IMG/VR virus record: IMGVR_UViG_3300050821_006345
Span: 1 to 64,000 of that record
Origin: a virus
DNA: 64,000 nucleotides
Strand: one strand, 5' to 3'
Positions 17,973 through 27,860 of the stretch are shown piece by piece. A program made the translations under genes and the position numbers. Under the pieces are notes generated by a model. That model searched no databases, had not been told where the DNA came from, and was given only the letters and a program-made list of their open reading frames with translations. Positions within the stretch are counted from its first letter, which is position 1, and each line of letters opens with the position of its first letter.

Positions 17973-18406
17973 AAATCATCACAAGATACGCCGCGAAAGA
18001 CGGAAGCGAGTTTGCATCTGAATCAGCTTGCACCGCTTACGAAAAGCTATGTCAGAAGGCCTCCAAAATCATGGTGCTACTTTCACCGCTGACGGCCAAA
18101 ATCAAATCTGGATTCAATTTTGCCAACGGCAGCGGATATATCCAGCACGACGCCTCAAAATTCAACGAGGCCAGAAACGATCTTTTGAAGCTGTTCAAAA
18201 CCAAGATTGACCATCACTGGATTGATGAATCAATGGACGGAAAAGGACATCCGTCGTATGTGGCCAGAGTGGTCGGTGAGTATGGCATTCGATGCTTTGA
18301 AGATGCGTGGCAGAGGATTCTCTGCACCGACAAATCATTTCGAGAATGGGGACAGCCCTATTACGCCAGTCATCCAGAAGAAGGAACGCAGAAACAATTA
18401 AACTAA
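17969..18406 (+). CDS. Hypothetical phage protein
   Basis: Y.A.DG.EF.SE..C..YE N-terminus; REWGQPYYA. Confidence 0.7.
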   Translation: MKIITRYAAKDGSEFASESACTAYEKLCQKASKIMVLLSPLTAKIKSGFNFANGSGYIQHDASKFNEARNDLLKLFKTKIDHHWIDESMDGKGHPSYVARVVGEYGIRCFEDAWQRILCTDKSFREWGQPYYASHPEEGTQKQLN

Positions 18407-18408
18407 TT

Positions 18409-20613
18409 ATGCCCACACAAGAACGCACATCGCCCTGCTTTGTTTCAGTTGAAGACCTCAACCGCGAGTCGGCTCCCGGTTATCAGTCAACCGAAGTCCA
18501 TCGCGTTCCAAATGGAACGCGCGTGGTTGTGGATGAAAACTTCAATCCAACCACCATTTTGCCTGATGGCACAATCGTTCGCAATCGGCCAGACACCGGA
18601 ATGCCTTTGCCTCCGCACATGGAAGATGAAGAACATCAACATCCGAATCCGGTCGACGAAGGCTCGACGGAAGTTCATGCGCTTCCTCGTCGTTCTCGTG
18701 GTATGTTCGGCCAGCAGGAGCCGGAGGTTGGAATTGTTGTTGAGACCACTGAAAACGACGCGTTCGAGAACCTGATTCTTTATCCTGAAGTGGTGAGCGA
18801 CATCAAGGACGGCCTGCGCCAGATTCAAATGCGCGACCAGCTTGAGGCGGTGTGGGGCATCTCCCGCATCTATCCAATGAGTGGACGCGTGGTTCTTTCG
18901 ATGTGGGGCAATTCGGGGTGCCATGCAAAAGGAACTAAAGTAATCATGTTTGATGGCTCAATAAAGAACGTTGAAGATGTTCGTGTTGGAGATTCGTTAA
19001 TGGGGCCAGATTCAAAGGCGCGCGAAGTGCTTGAGCTGTGTCGAGGGAAAGAAACAATGGCTCGCGTAAATCCACTACGAGGGGGAGATCCATTTGTTTG
19101 CAACATAAACCACATTCTTTCGCTTCGCAGAACAGGAACTGCGGTCAACAACCCATTTGGCGATGCAATTTTCAACATCAAAATCGCAGACTTCTTGAAA
19201 TTTACAAATCCACAGCAAAGAATGTTCAAGCTTTGGAGACCGGCAATGGTGCATTTCAAAGAACAGAATCTTTTGATTGATCCATATATCCTCGGCCTTT
19301 GGCTCGGAGATGGAGATTCCCGCGATCCGGTTATTACAACGATGGACAAAGAAATTAAGGATGCGTGGACTGATTTCCTTGCAAAAAACGGATGCGAATG
19401 CCGGATTTCAACAGACATGCGAGGAAACAAGTCGAAAAGATATTCCGCAACGATGGGGCAGACTGGTGGTGCGAAAAATCCTGTAAGGGAGCTTTTTAAG
19501 AAATACAACCTGTTAGACAACAAGCACATTCCAATTCAATATCTTACATCCTCAAAAGAACAGAGAATGAGTCTTTTGGCTGGCATCATCGACACAGATG
19601 GACACGCCAGCAACGGCACTGGATTCGATCTTATTCTCAAGAACAAGGCATTGGCCGATGGTGTGGTTTATCTTGCGAAATCACTTGGCATGCTTACCAG
19701 CATCCGAAAGGTTAAGAAATATTGCCAATACAAAGGACAAACTAGAACTGGAGAATATCACCGTATTTTTATTGGCGTCAGTCCTGAAATGATACCAGAT
19801 ATTCCAACCAGACTGGTTCGGAAGAAGCTGAACAGCTACAATACGCCACACCTCAGCCGTCTTGTCAGTGGATTTACCATAGACATTCTTCCGGAGGATA
19901 ATTATTACGGGTTTGTGCTTAACGGAGACCATCTTTATCTCTTGGGTGATTTTACAGTGACACATAATACAGGAAAAACCCGCTGTGCAAGAGCCGTGGC
20001 CAGAATGTTGGGCAAAAAATTGTATCAGGTGGACTACGCGCAGGTCGTCTCGAAGTATCTCGGAGACACCGCGAAGCACATTAAACAGGCGTTCACCAGA
20101 GCCAGACAGCTCGACGCAGTCCTGTTCTGGGATGAGGCCGACTCGCTGATGAGCCGACGGGTGGACATGGGCGAATCGTGCGCCACGTCCATTAACCAGA
20201 ACCGAAACACCCTGATGCAGGAGCTTGACCGCTTCCAGAATCCAGTGCTGATGACCACCAACCTGTTCGGTAACTACGACGATGCCTTCATCCGCCGGAT
20301 CGCCAAGCACATCGAGTTCAAACTACCCAACAAGGAGATGCGGAAGGAAATCTTCAAGAAGCACATTCCCGACCTGAATCGGGTGGACGCCGACCTTGAC
20401 CTCGTCGCTGCTGCTTCAGATACGCTTGCCGGTGGAGACATCTTCAATATCTGCCTGAACGTGATTCTGGCATCGAGCGTTGACGCGGATACGAACAACT
20501 GGCGAATGAAGCAGGAGACGTTCTTGGCCGAGATTCAGAAGGTTAAAAATGCTCGGACGGCCAACGCCACAAGCAGGGCGTCAAGGGTCGCAAGACCAGC
20601 CGCAGGAACGTAA
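18409..20613 (+). CDS. AAA+ ATPase with intein in Walker A
   Basis: GNSG|intein|TGKT; SKYLGDTAK; LFWDEAD; TTN; FIRR. Confidence 0.9.
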   Translation: MPTQERTSPCFVSVEDLNRESAPGYQSTEVHRVPNGTRVVVDENFNPTTILPDGTIVRNRPDTGMPLPPHMEDEEHQHPNPVDEGSTEVHALPRRSRGMFGQQEPEVGIVVETTENDAFENLILYPEVVSDIKDGLRQIQMRDQLEAVWGISRIYPMSGRVVLSMWGNSGCHAKGTKVIMFDGSIKNVEDVRVGDSLMGPDSKAREVLELCRGKETMARVNPLRGGDPFVCNINHILSLRRTGTAVNNPFGDAIFNIKIADFLKFTNPQQRMFKLWRPAMVHFKEQNLLIDPYILGLWLGDGDSRDPVITTMDKEIKDAWTDFLAKNGCECRISTDMRGNKSKRYSATMGQTGGAKNPVRELFKKYNLLDNKHIPIQYLTSSKEQRMSLLAGIIDTDGHASNGTGFDLILKNKALADGVVYLAKSLGMLTSIRKVKKYCQYKGQTRTGEYHRIFIGVSPEMIPDIPTRLVRKKLNSYNTPHLSRLVSGFTIDILPEDNYYGFVLNGDHLYLLGDFTVTHNTGKTRCARAVARMLGKKLYQVDYAQVVSKYLGDTAKHIKQAFTRARQLDAVLFWDEADSLMSRRVDMGESCATSINQNRNTLMQELDRFQNPVLMTTNLFGNYDDAFIRRIAKHIEFKLPNKEMRKEIFKKHIPDLNRVDADLDLVAAASDTLAGGDIFNICLNVILASSVDADTNNWRMKQETFLAEIQKVKNARTANATSRASRVARPAAGT
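18919..19968 (+). mobile_element. Intein (350 aa) with LAGLIDADG endonuclease
   Basis: Starts CHAKG; LGLWLGDG, LAGIIDTDG; ends VTHN followed by Thr. Confidence 0.93.
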
Positions 20614-21818
20614 TGCCTATGCCAGCAGGAGATTGGCCATACCGTCCTTCATTTCCGGAGTTTCCTCCGTTTCCAGATATGCCGTCTCTACCGCAGGACG
20701 ATCCGTGGGATGACTTTCAACATCCTGCACCGAATCCTTGGCAACCATCAGCCATTGGTAACACCGATTTTATCCGCGATATTAACGACGGACGATACAC
20801 TCCATCTCGGCCAACGATTGCGGATGCGGTTTCAGATATTCATCGCCGCGCGGCACAGGATGGTGCGGCCATGTATCGTCGCGGACTCCAGAACCTGATA
20901 CTTGGCGTGCTGGCTCAAATAGACGAGGAGCTTCGTTCGGATGAATCTGATTATTTGAGCGGGATTCTGGATGACTTGAGGATTGCCATTGGGGGTGTAA
21001 ATGTTGAACACAACAAAGCAACGTTTTCAGCGGCAATTAAGACGCATCTTCCACCGCTGTCCGCAAACTTTCTTCTGTATCAATATCCAACCGCTCCGCA
21101 ACCAATTTCATTTCACATTGAAGACTGCTGGCAACGGGCTAGCGAGATGGGAGAGCCGGTTCTTCGAGACAGGGGTGCAGAATGCGTGAAAAACGCCATT
21201 GTTCTGGCAACGGTTGATTTTTATGGCGATTCAAGAGCCAGAACCAATCTCGATGGATTCATCCGCGAGATGTCCACCATCGGCAGCTTTGAGCCTCCAA
21301 TCGTGACGACCATTCAAGAAGCGACCGTGACGTTGCCGTCCGGCCAGAAGGTCGAGAACACAACCGTGACAATAACGGAGAAACAGAAGGAGATTGTTTT
21401 ATCCGAGGAGAAGGTGGAGATAATCACGCTCCACGCCGAGGCTGGTCTGGGTGCTTTGCTGAACGGAGAATACGACATTGCGGCAGTTCAGTTCCGGCTA
21501 GCTGCGGAGATTCTTGCGAAGGCGATAAGCAAGCAGGAGCCGGTGGTGAAGCCGGTTCAGATGAATGTGTCGGTTTCCAATCGCCGGAACAACCGAATCA
21601 ATCAATCCGCTAGAAACTCAATGGATGAATTTGCGGAGATGGCCAGACAATATGCCGAACAAAACAGAGCGAGAACTCTTGCCGCGCAACGTGGATATGC
21701 TGAAGAATCTTCGGCGGCAAGACGTGCCGCATCTGGTGGAGAGGGTGAATCACCACACGAAAACATTTTACGAAGATTGTTTTATGGACTCTTGAACGCT
21801 GACGAATTCGACCTTTAA
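20613..21818 (+). CDS. Hypothetical protein
   Basis: 401-aa ORF coupled to the AAA gene. Confidence 0.7.
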   Translation: MPMPAGDWPYRPSFPEFPPFPDMPSLPQDDPWDDFQHPAPNPWQPSAIGNTDFIRDINDGRYTPSRPTIADAVSDIHRRAAQDGAAMYRRGLQNLILGVLAQIDEELRSDESDYLSGILDDLRIAIGGVNVEHNKATFSAAIKTHLPPLSANFLLYQYPTAPQPISFHIEDCWQRASEMGEPVLRDRGAECVKNAIVLATVDFYGDSRARTNLDGFIREMSTIGSFEPPIVTTIQEATVTLPSGQKVENTTVTITEKQKEIVLSEEKVEIITLHAEAGLGALLNGEYDIAAVQFRLAAEILAKAISKQEPVVKPVQMNVSVSNRRNNRINQSARNSMDEFAEMARQYAEQNRARTLAAQRGYAEESSAARRAASGGEGESPHENILRRLFYGLLNADEFDL

Positions 21819-21855
21819 TTTCAAGTTGACTATCGGCCAACCATTTACCAACATC

Positions 21856-22545
21856 ATGAAGCAAATGAAAACGAAAAGCCGCCAACAATTATGGCAGGAG
21901 AAGCAAATCGCCGAGAAGCGGTGCGCGTCCTGTGCGTCGCAAGACAAGGAGACGCTTTCCGGGTCTCGACGCTGCGCCAAGTGCAAGTCCAAAGGCCGTC
22001 GCTGCTGCCGCCAGAACAAGCGCAACGAGCTTGGGTGCAATCCGTGGGTTGCCGGAGGCAGGGGAAGACCTCCGGTGAATAAGAAGGAGGTCTGCGCGGA
22101 GATGAAAGAAATGATCCACATCAATAGCATTGCCAGGGACATCGCTGCAATCGCCCACGCTGGTCAGAAGCGGCGCGGCGGAGTGGATTATATTGTTCAT
22201 TGTGACAGGGTTGCCGCAAAAGTTCCGACAAGGCTCAAGGCCGTCGCATTTTTACACGATGTCCGCGAGGACAATCCGCAGGTTGAAAATAATCCGAAAT
22301 GGATGGAGCTTCCGATTTGGGTTGTGAATCTGGTGAACACGCTCACTCGGCCATCAACAATAAGCTATCCAGACTATATCGAGAACATTTGCGACAGCCG
22401 AGATGCTCTGGCGGTTAAAATCGCCGACATGGAGGACAATCTGGCAGACAATCCGACTCCTAAACAATTAGCAAAATACAACGCCGCGCTGCCGGTTCTG
22501 AAAGCAGCCTTGAAAAATTATGCCCACAAACGCAAGACCATATAA
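21856..22545 (+). CDS. RelA/SpoT-type HD-domain hydrolase with N-terminal Cys-rich extension
   Basis: AHAGQKRR...YIVH...VA...LHDVRED...VKIADMEDN. Confidence 0.8.
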   Translation: MKQMKTKSRQQLWQEKQIAEKRCASCASQDKETLSGSRRCAKCKSKGRRCCRQNKRNELGCNPWVAGGRGRPPVNKKEVCAEMKEMIHINSIARDIAAIAHAGQKRRGGVDYIVHCDRVAAKVPTRLKAVAFLHDVREDNPQVENNPKWMELPIWVVNLVNTLTRPSTISYPDYIENICDSRDALAVKIADMEDNLADNPTPKQLAKYNAALPVLKAALKNYAHKRKTI

Positions 22546-22915
22546 CGTCGCCGAGATTATCATGGCGCAGGGAACGCGTCCGTTCTTTCTCTTCACGCAG
22601 AAAGTCGGCCAGCAGACCATTGCCAAATCAGCTGGATGGGCGACGCTTTCATTGTCTGAGTCACTGCATCCATTGCTCGTCACGCTTGATGGCATCGGCC
22701 AGTTTTCACAACCAAATGACGATGGCGTCATCTCTGTGGATACGGCGACTGAACTTCGACTATTTCCGCGTCAGGCACTTGGCCGCCGATGGTTAAAGGA
22801 CTCAAACAATCCACTGATTGTCGCGGAAGCTCCTGTGCGTCTGGCAGAAACTACAATTCAACAGCCTCCGTCAATTCTCGAAAGACTGCTTGGCCGGCGA
22901 TTGCGGGCGACGTGA
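22520..22915 (+). CDS. Hypothetical protein
   Basis: Overlapping co-oriented ORF. Confidence 0.5.
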   Translation: MPTNARPYNVAEIIMAQGTRPFFLFTQKVGQQTIAKSAGWATLSLSESLHPLLVTLDGIGQFSQPNDDGVISVDTATELRLFPRQALGRRWLKDSNNPLIVAEAPVRLAETTIQQPPSILERLLGRRLRAT

Positions 22916-23136
22916 ATCCAATCTTCGCCATCCTTGCCTCTCTTAAGATCGATCCGATTATGGCAATGAACCGGCTTCAGGATGCCGGAATAGTGTCGGA
23001 CAACTGCGTTTCAATCGGCGAGATTCCTCCATCACTTCAGGACAAGGCTGCAAAGTTCCTGTTTGAATTTAACGAAAACGAGGAGAAGCCAGTGGTTAAA
23101 CCGAAGCCAAGACGCCACGACATTTTCAAGTTTTGA
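22912..23136 (+). CDS. Hypothetical protein
   Basis: GTGA overlap; MNRLQDAGIVSDNC. Confidence 0.55.
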   Translation: MNPIFAILASLKIDPIMAMNRLQDAGIVSDNCVSIGEIPPSLQDKAAKFLFEFNENEEKPVVKPKPRRHDIFKF

Positions 23137-23404
23137 AGGAGTCTTTCTTCAATCGGGCGGCATAGAGGTCGGCTTCCGAACGAATCTTGCGGATGTATTC
23201 CCACACACGAGCCTGCACGTCCTTCGGCTGTTTGTTCACGAATTCTAGGATTGAGTTGCCAGCGCGCATTGCATGAAGCCCTCCAGCCAAGTCGCCGTCC
23301 ATCGTTTCCTCGGCAATGCATCGGATTTCGGCCTTCAAATACTCAGGCAATTCAGGCACTGGAGCCGGTTTCGGCCACAGCCAATCTTTAAGTTTCTTTA
23401 ACAT
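23126..23404 (-). CDS. Hypothetical protein
   Basis: ORF MLKKLKDWLW... Confidence 0.55.
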   Translation of the reverse strand: MLKKLKDWLWPKPAPVPELPEYLKAEIRCIAEETMDGDLAGGLHAMRAGNSILEFVNKQPKDVQARVWEYIRKIRSEADLYAARLKKDSFKT

Positions 23405-23538
23405 CGGCCACATAATGCCGTAAACAGGCCGCAAAGTCGAGGTCAAAGAAATCTGCATAAATCGCATTATTTAGGTTGACGAAGACCACCATGTAATCTT
23501 GTTTTTGACTTAACGCAGTCATCTGCGAATATTGGAGT

Positions 23539-24074
23539 ATGAAAATTGGATCAAATAAAGGAAATCGCATCACGGGATATAGGGCATCTAGACCAGATGT
23601 TAAAACAGAGCACATCATATCTCTTTACGACAGCGGGATGTATTCAAACGAAATCGCTGAAAAATTAGGAATGACTACCAATTCAATTACGGCTAGGATT
23701 AGAAAGGCTGGCCACGCCCGGCGGATAAATGGAGGAAAGAGGCCAGTTGATCCAGATATTAAAATTAGCAAGAGGCTTGCTTCAGCAGCTCGCAATCGCG
23801 CTCGCGATGGAAATTATCCATGCAACATCACTTTTGAGGATATTCCGATTCCAGCCGTTTGCCCCCTTTTGGGCATTCCACTGACTTCTGGCACGCCTAC
23901 TCACAAAGACAATGCACCTTCAATTGATAAGATTATTCCAAGCAAGGGTATGTTAAGGGCAATGTCTGGATCGTAAGCTACAGGGCTAATCGCATTAAGA
24001 GCAACGCTTCGTTTCAAGAATTGAGAATGATGGCCGACGGAATCGAGACAAAATTAAATTCTTATTCAAGTTGA
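23539..24074 (+). pseudogene. HTH + HNH-type endonuclease, frameshifted near 23946
   Basis: CPLLGIPL...SIDKIIPSKG, then in another frame YVKGNVWIVSYRANRIK. Confidence 0.75.
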
Positions 24075-24147
24075 CTTTATTTCTGATTGTGCGATTCTGT
24101 CCTCAAGCCGAAACGGTGAAGAATCGGATTGGCCAGAAAGAAATAAT
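24065..24147 (+). promoter_or_regulatory. Promoter + GAAGA-pentaloop leader hairpin, copy C
   Basis: TTGACT(24071)-N16-GATTCT; GCCGA-AA-CGGT-GAAGA-ATCG-GA-TTGGC (24107-24133). Confidence 0.85.
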
Positions 24148-24501
24148 ATGAAACTACAGATTGAAATTCCGGATGGTGTTGTTGAAAAGGTAATTCGCGG
24201 CATTATGGAAAACTTCCCAGAAGCTAGCAATGGATGCGCCTTAAGGTGTATTGGGTGGCAATACGAAACCATGAGCTTCGATTTTTATGATGATGAGGAG
24301 ACCAAGAGATACAATATCACCAACGCAACTCTGCTCGCTACCTTCCCACTTATATTCACCGACAAGTGGCCGAAGGGCTGCGCGCCTCCTCTGGCTTCAA
24401 ACAAATGGGAGCAGTGGGAAGAATGGCTTTGTAGGTGCGATGCAACCGATTTTGACGCTTTCGCGCAACTTGCCTGCTTGGGTGAAGTGATTTACGGATA
24501 A
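24148..24501 (+). CDS. Hypothetical phage protein
   Basis: C-terminal DA...D...Q.A.LGEVIYG motif. Confidence 0.75.
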   Translation: MKLQIEIPDGVVEKVIRGIMENFPEASNGCALRCIGWQYETMSFDFYDDEETKRYNITNATLLATFPLIFTDKWPKGCAPPLASNKWEQWEEWLCRCDATDFDAFAQLACLGEVIYG

Positions 24502-24536
24502 CCAACTAACCAACAACCAAAACGAAAGATACAAAT

Positions 24537-24911
24537 ATGAAATCAATAACCATGCAACTGGCTGAAGCCGCACTGAAGGCTGGCCTGCAAATCGCGGACG
24601 CGGGTGGCCACAAGGTCGACCGTCCAAAGGAAGACCGGTTCGAGCTGCTCGGCCAGACCATCGAGCAAATCGCCAACCTGCAACGCCACGAGATTGTGGG
24701 CGAGGTGGTGGTGGACGAGGACGACGGCACGGTCTACCTCCGCACCTACGGCGTCGAGCATTTCAAATCCATGAGCCGACTGGCCAGAATGTTGTCCAAT
24801 GTCGTCGGACGGAAGGTTCGCGCGTCCATCAACGACTGCAACGCCAGAAAAGAGGTCTTTGAGTTTGAAGACGAGGAACAGTTGTTTGAGGAGTTCGGCG
24901 CACGGCCATAA
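24537..24911 (+). CDS. Hypothetical protein
   Basis: GAAAG-type RBS, co-oriented. Confidence 0.65.
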   Translation: MKSITMQLAEAALKAGLQIADAGGHKVDRPKEDRFELLGQTIEQIANLQRHEIVGEVVVDEDDGTVYLRTYGVEHFKSMSRLARMLSNVVGRKVRASINDCNARKEVFEFEDEEQLFEEFGARP

Positions 24912-24915
24912 TGCC

Positions 24916-25299
24916 ATGAAAATCATCGCCACAATTGCCATTACAGCCGTCCTGATGTCCGCAAGGACTGAAGTCACCGATTTGCAGGCAGAACGCGCCC
25001 TATACGGCGAGACGTGCGGAGAAAGTGCGCTCTGCAAGTTGGGAACAGCCGGGGCGTTAAGGAATCGGATCGCCAAATACCACGACCTTCGTGGCGTCTA
25101 TGGGAAAAGTTCACCGCTGCTTAATCACATCGACGCAAAAGCATGGTCGGCTTGCGTGATGGCGTGGAACGAATCGGCCACGAACAACATCGTTGGCAAA
25201 GCCTACGTGTGGGGCAGCAAAGATGACTTGCGGAAGGCATCGTTTTACAGCAGACTGACCAAAGTGGCCACGATTGGTGGCCACACGTTTTTTAAGTGA
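24916..25299 (+). CDS. SleB/Hydrolase_2-like cell wall hydrolase with signal peptide
   Basis: RALYGETCGE...ALRNR and terminal TIGGHTF; hydrophobic N-terminus. Confidence 0.65.
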   Translation: MKIIATIAITAVLMSARTEVTDLQAERALYGETCGESALCKLGTAGALRNRIAKYHDLRGVYGKSSPLLNHIDAKAWSACVMAWNESATNNIVGKAYVWGSKDDLRKASFYSRLTKVATIGGHTFFK

Positions 25300-25303
25300 A
25301 TTT

Positions 25304-25415
25304 GGGCGAATGTGTGAACAGGATACGGGTTCGACTCCCGTTCGGGACACTGCCGTTCCGATGCTGTGGAGCTAGGCGATAGTCACCGAAGGTTTGACTC
25401 CTTCATCGTCCACCA
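25304..25415 (+). ncRNA. tRNA-like RNA with two T-arms, G3:U70 acceptor and ACCA end
   Basis: 5' GGGCGA pairs with 3' TCGTCC-ACCA; T-arms ACGGG-TTCGACT-CCCGT and GAAGG-TTTGACT-CCTTC; no recognisable anticodon arm. Confidence 0.6.
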
Positions 25416-25644
25416 ATTTTGGCACAATGTGCGCGGCCTTCATATTCCGCTCTTTCCGTTGTGCCTCCGCTGAACGACCGGATGCGGAGTCGTTCACATA
25501 ATTTAATGCCGCAAGAAGTTAAAAATTGTTTCAACTGCGCCCACCGACTGGTTCGCAATCGCGGGAGGAGCGTGCGAGAATCTTCTGGACGCAGAGCAGA
25601 TTGCGCTGGACGCACTGAGGAAAGATAAGTAAGATTCGCACCGC

Positions 25645-27060
25645 ATGATTCCTCCAGAATTCCCACAGCAGGCAGCACAATCCGCAATGATGTCCAAGCT
25701 TACTGGCGCGGCGTGGATTACCGCCGGAGTCGCGGCGGTGGCAGCGGGATGGAATTACTCACGGGCGTTCTTCCATTGGGCTGCAAGCCTGTTCATCGGC
25801 ACTGCGATTCTTGATGGCAAGACAGGTGAAGCTGTTCAGTTCTTCTGCTCTCCAGAAAGAATGAAGCGTTGGCGGATCGGCACTCGTTATTTTGGGGGTA
25901 TTGAGTCTTACGTCCACCCAAAACGCTGGACGGAGGTCGTCGGATACGAGGGAACAACCACCGAGCCGTTCCTTTGCTTTTACAATAAACATCCGATGCT
26001 GGTCAATCTTTACAACGGGCCTATTTCAAACGGCAATTACGACGGCGACCAGAAAATTCAGATTCGCTACTTTCGATGGTTCTTTGACTGTGACCGGTTT
26101 GCTGTAGAGGCTATCGAGGCGTTCAACACGCGGCAGCGGACGATAAAGAATGGCGGCGGAGAGGCCGCTCCAACCAGGCGATTCTCCATCACCCGATGCA
26201 CCGGCTCTAAATTCAACTTCATGGACGGAGGCCAAAAAGACTCAAAATCAGACAGCGTAATGCCCCATAAAATTCATTCCGTCAGCGGCGTTGAATCCAT
26301 GATTATGAGCGGCGTGTTTCGGCTTTTGAAATGGAAATGCGACGACCTGAAGCAGAAGCCGGAGGGCGGCGACACTCCGTTCACTGGCTATCCGTTTCCG
26401 CCGTCGGTGCAGGACGCCATCAAAGAAATTGATATGTGGCTCAAACACGAGAAGTGGTTCCGGAGCAAATCAATTCCATGGCGTCGTGGATTCCTTTTAC
26501 ACGGCCAGCCGGGATCGGGTAAAACCACACTCGTCCGTGCACTTGCCATGTCGTTTGATTTGCCGATATTTGCGATGGATTTGAGTGGCATGGGCAATGA
26601 TGATTTTGTGCGTTCGTGGGAGCAGGCACTTTCATCCACTCCATGCATTGTTCTCATCGAGGACATTGACAATGTTTTTCACGGACGCGAGTTCGTCGGG
26701 CCGGACGTCATGGGCAAAGGCCACATCACGTTTGACTGCCTGCTGAATTGCATCTCCGGCGTAAAATCGGCAGATGGAGTGTTTACTGTCATTACCACCA
26801 ACAAGCTGGAGCATCTAGACGAGGCGATTGGCATCCCGAACAAGAACGGTCGTTCAACCAGACCTGGAAGATTAGACAGAGTGATTGAGCTTGGATTGAT
26901 GCGGAAAGAGGAGCGCGCGATTCTGGCGAATCACATTTTGTCTGACTGTCCATCTAAAATAGCAGCAACAGTGAAGGCCGGAGAGGGTGAAACTGCCGCT
27001 CAATTTCAATCGCGTTGCGCCGATATTGCCCAAGCTGAGTTCTGGAGCAAGGCTAATTGA
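25645..27060 (+). CDS. BCS1-like AAA ATPase
   Basis: N-terminal hydrophobic segment; IPWRRGFLLHGQPGSGKT; LIEDID; LLNCISG; TTN; RPGRLD. Confidence 0.85.
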   Translation: MIPPEFPQQAAQSAMMSKLTGAAWITAGVAAVAAGWNYSRAFFHWAASLFIGTAILDGKTGEAVQFFCSPERMKRWRIGTRYFGGIESYVHPKRWTEVVGYEGTTTEPFLCFYNKHPMLVNLYNGPISNGNYDGDQKIQIRYFRWFFDCDRFAVEAIEAFNTRQRTIKNGGGEAAPTRRFSITRCTGSKFNFMDGGQKDSKSDSVMPHKIHSVSGVESMIMSGVFRLLKWKCDDLKQKPEGGDTPFTGYPFPPSVQDAIKEIDMWLKHEKWFRSKSIPWRRGFLLHGQPGSGKTTLVRALAMSFDLPIFAMDLSGMGNDDFVRSWEQALSSTPCIVLIEDIDNVFHGREFVGPDVMGKGHITFDCLLNCISGVKSADGVFTVITTNKLEHLDEAIGIPNKNGRSTRPGRLDRVIELGLMRKEERAILANHILSDCPSKIAATVKAGEGETAAQFQSRCADIAQAEFWSKAN

Positions 27061-27844
27061 ACATCTTCAGGATTTCATCTCGCCACGCGGTTCGATCCCA
27101 TTGATGGACAGCGGCGTATGGCCTGCCAGTGGCTCCGCAAATCAGTTTTTGATTCTCCCACCGGCATGGCGGATTAAGAATCCTGAAATGATGCCCCCCC
27201 ATCACCCAGTCATTGGTGTGCGGATCACATCGGATCGCTAAAGGCTCGTTTGAAAGATAGTTGTGAAAGATGTAGTTCAATGCGCCTTGGTCGGTTCCTG
27301 ACGCCATGGGAGACGACGTCAGCCAGAGCATGAGCATCAGGTCTTTAACCCTCTGTCGCTGACCGCCAAAATATCCGGCACAGACTGGATTCCAATTGGC
27401 TACTTTGTCTGGATGCACCCGGATTTCGTGCGGCAGTGAATTCTGAACATTGTTCTGGTCGCCGGTGTTCCATGGATCGTCTTTCATGACCGACCCCTCG
27501 CCTTGGACAATCAAGCTGTGGTCGGGAATGTCATCAAACGGGTTTCTTTGAAACAAAACGTCACGGGCATCGGAAAATATAATCTTGTCGTTTGGGTCAC
27601 CGTTCGAGTTTCTCCATCTCCTCAAATGAACGCTGAACCCAAGCCATAACGAATTGTAAACGGTTTTATCCTCGATGATTTCAAATCTGGACGGCACCTG
27701 TTTTAACATCTCCGGCGATGCGTCCTGACTTACGACCACCACCATTTCATCTTTTAGATGTGGCAGCAGACTCTGCCACGTCACATTATAGAACGAAAAC
27801 CACTCCGGCCTGGTCTCGTGGGTGTCGAAGTAGATGGTGTTCAC
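27053..27844 (-). CDS. Glycosyltransferase-like protein (GT-A fold)
   Basis: SDARDVLFQRNPF, CAGYFGG, DQGALN, VHQWDR. Confidence 0.65.
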   Translation of the reverse strand: MNTIYFDTHETRPEWFSFYNVTWQSLLPHLKDEMVVVVSQDASPEMLKQVPSRFEIIEDKTVYNSLWLGFSVHLRRWRNSNGDPNDKIIFSDARDVLFQRNPFDDIPDHSLIVQGEGSVMKDDPWNTGDQNNVQNSLPHEIRVHPDKVANWNPVCAGYFGGQRQRVKDLMLMLWLTSSPMASGTDQGALNYIFHNYLSNEPLAIRCDPHTNDWVMGGHHFRILNPPCRWENQKLICGATGRPYAAVHQWDRTAWRDEILKMFN

Positions 27845-27860
27845 TGTTTTTTAATCGAAG

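Noticed and set aside
25304..25415. Canonical tRNA or full tmRNA
   Set aside because: No anticodon arm or D-arm recognisable, and far too short for a tmRNA with a tag ORF
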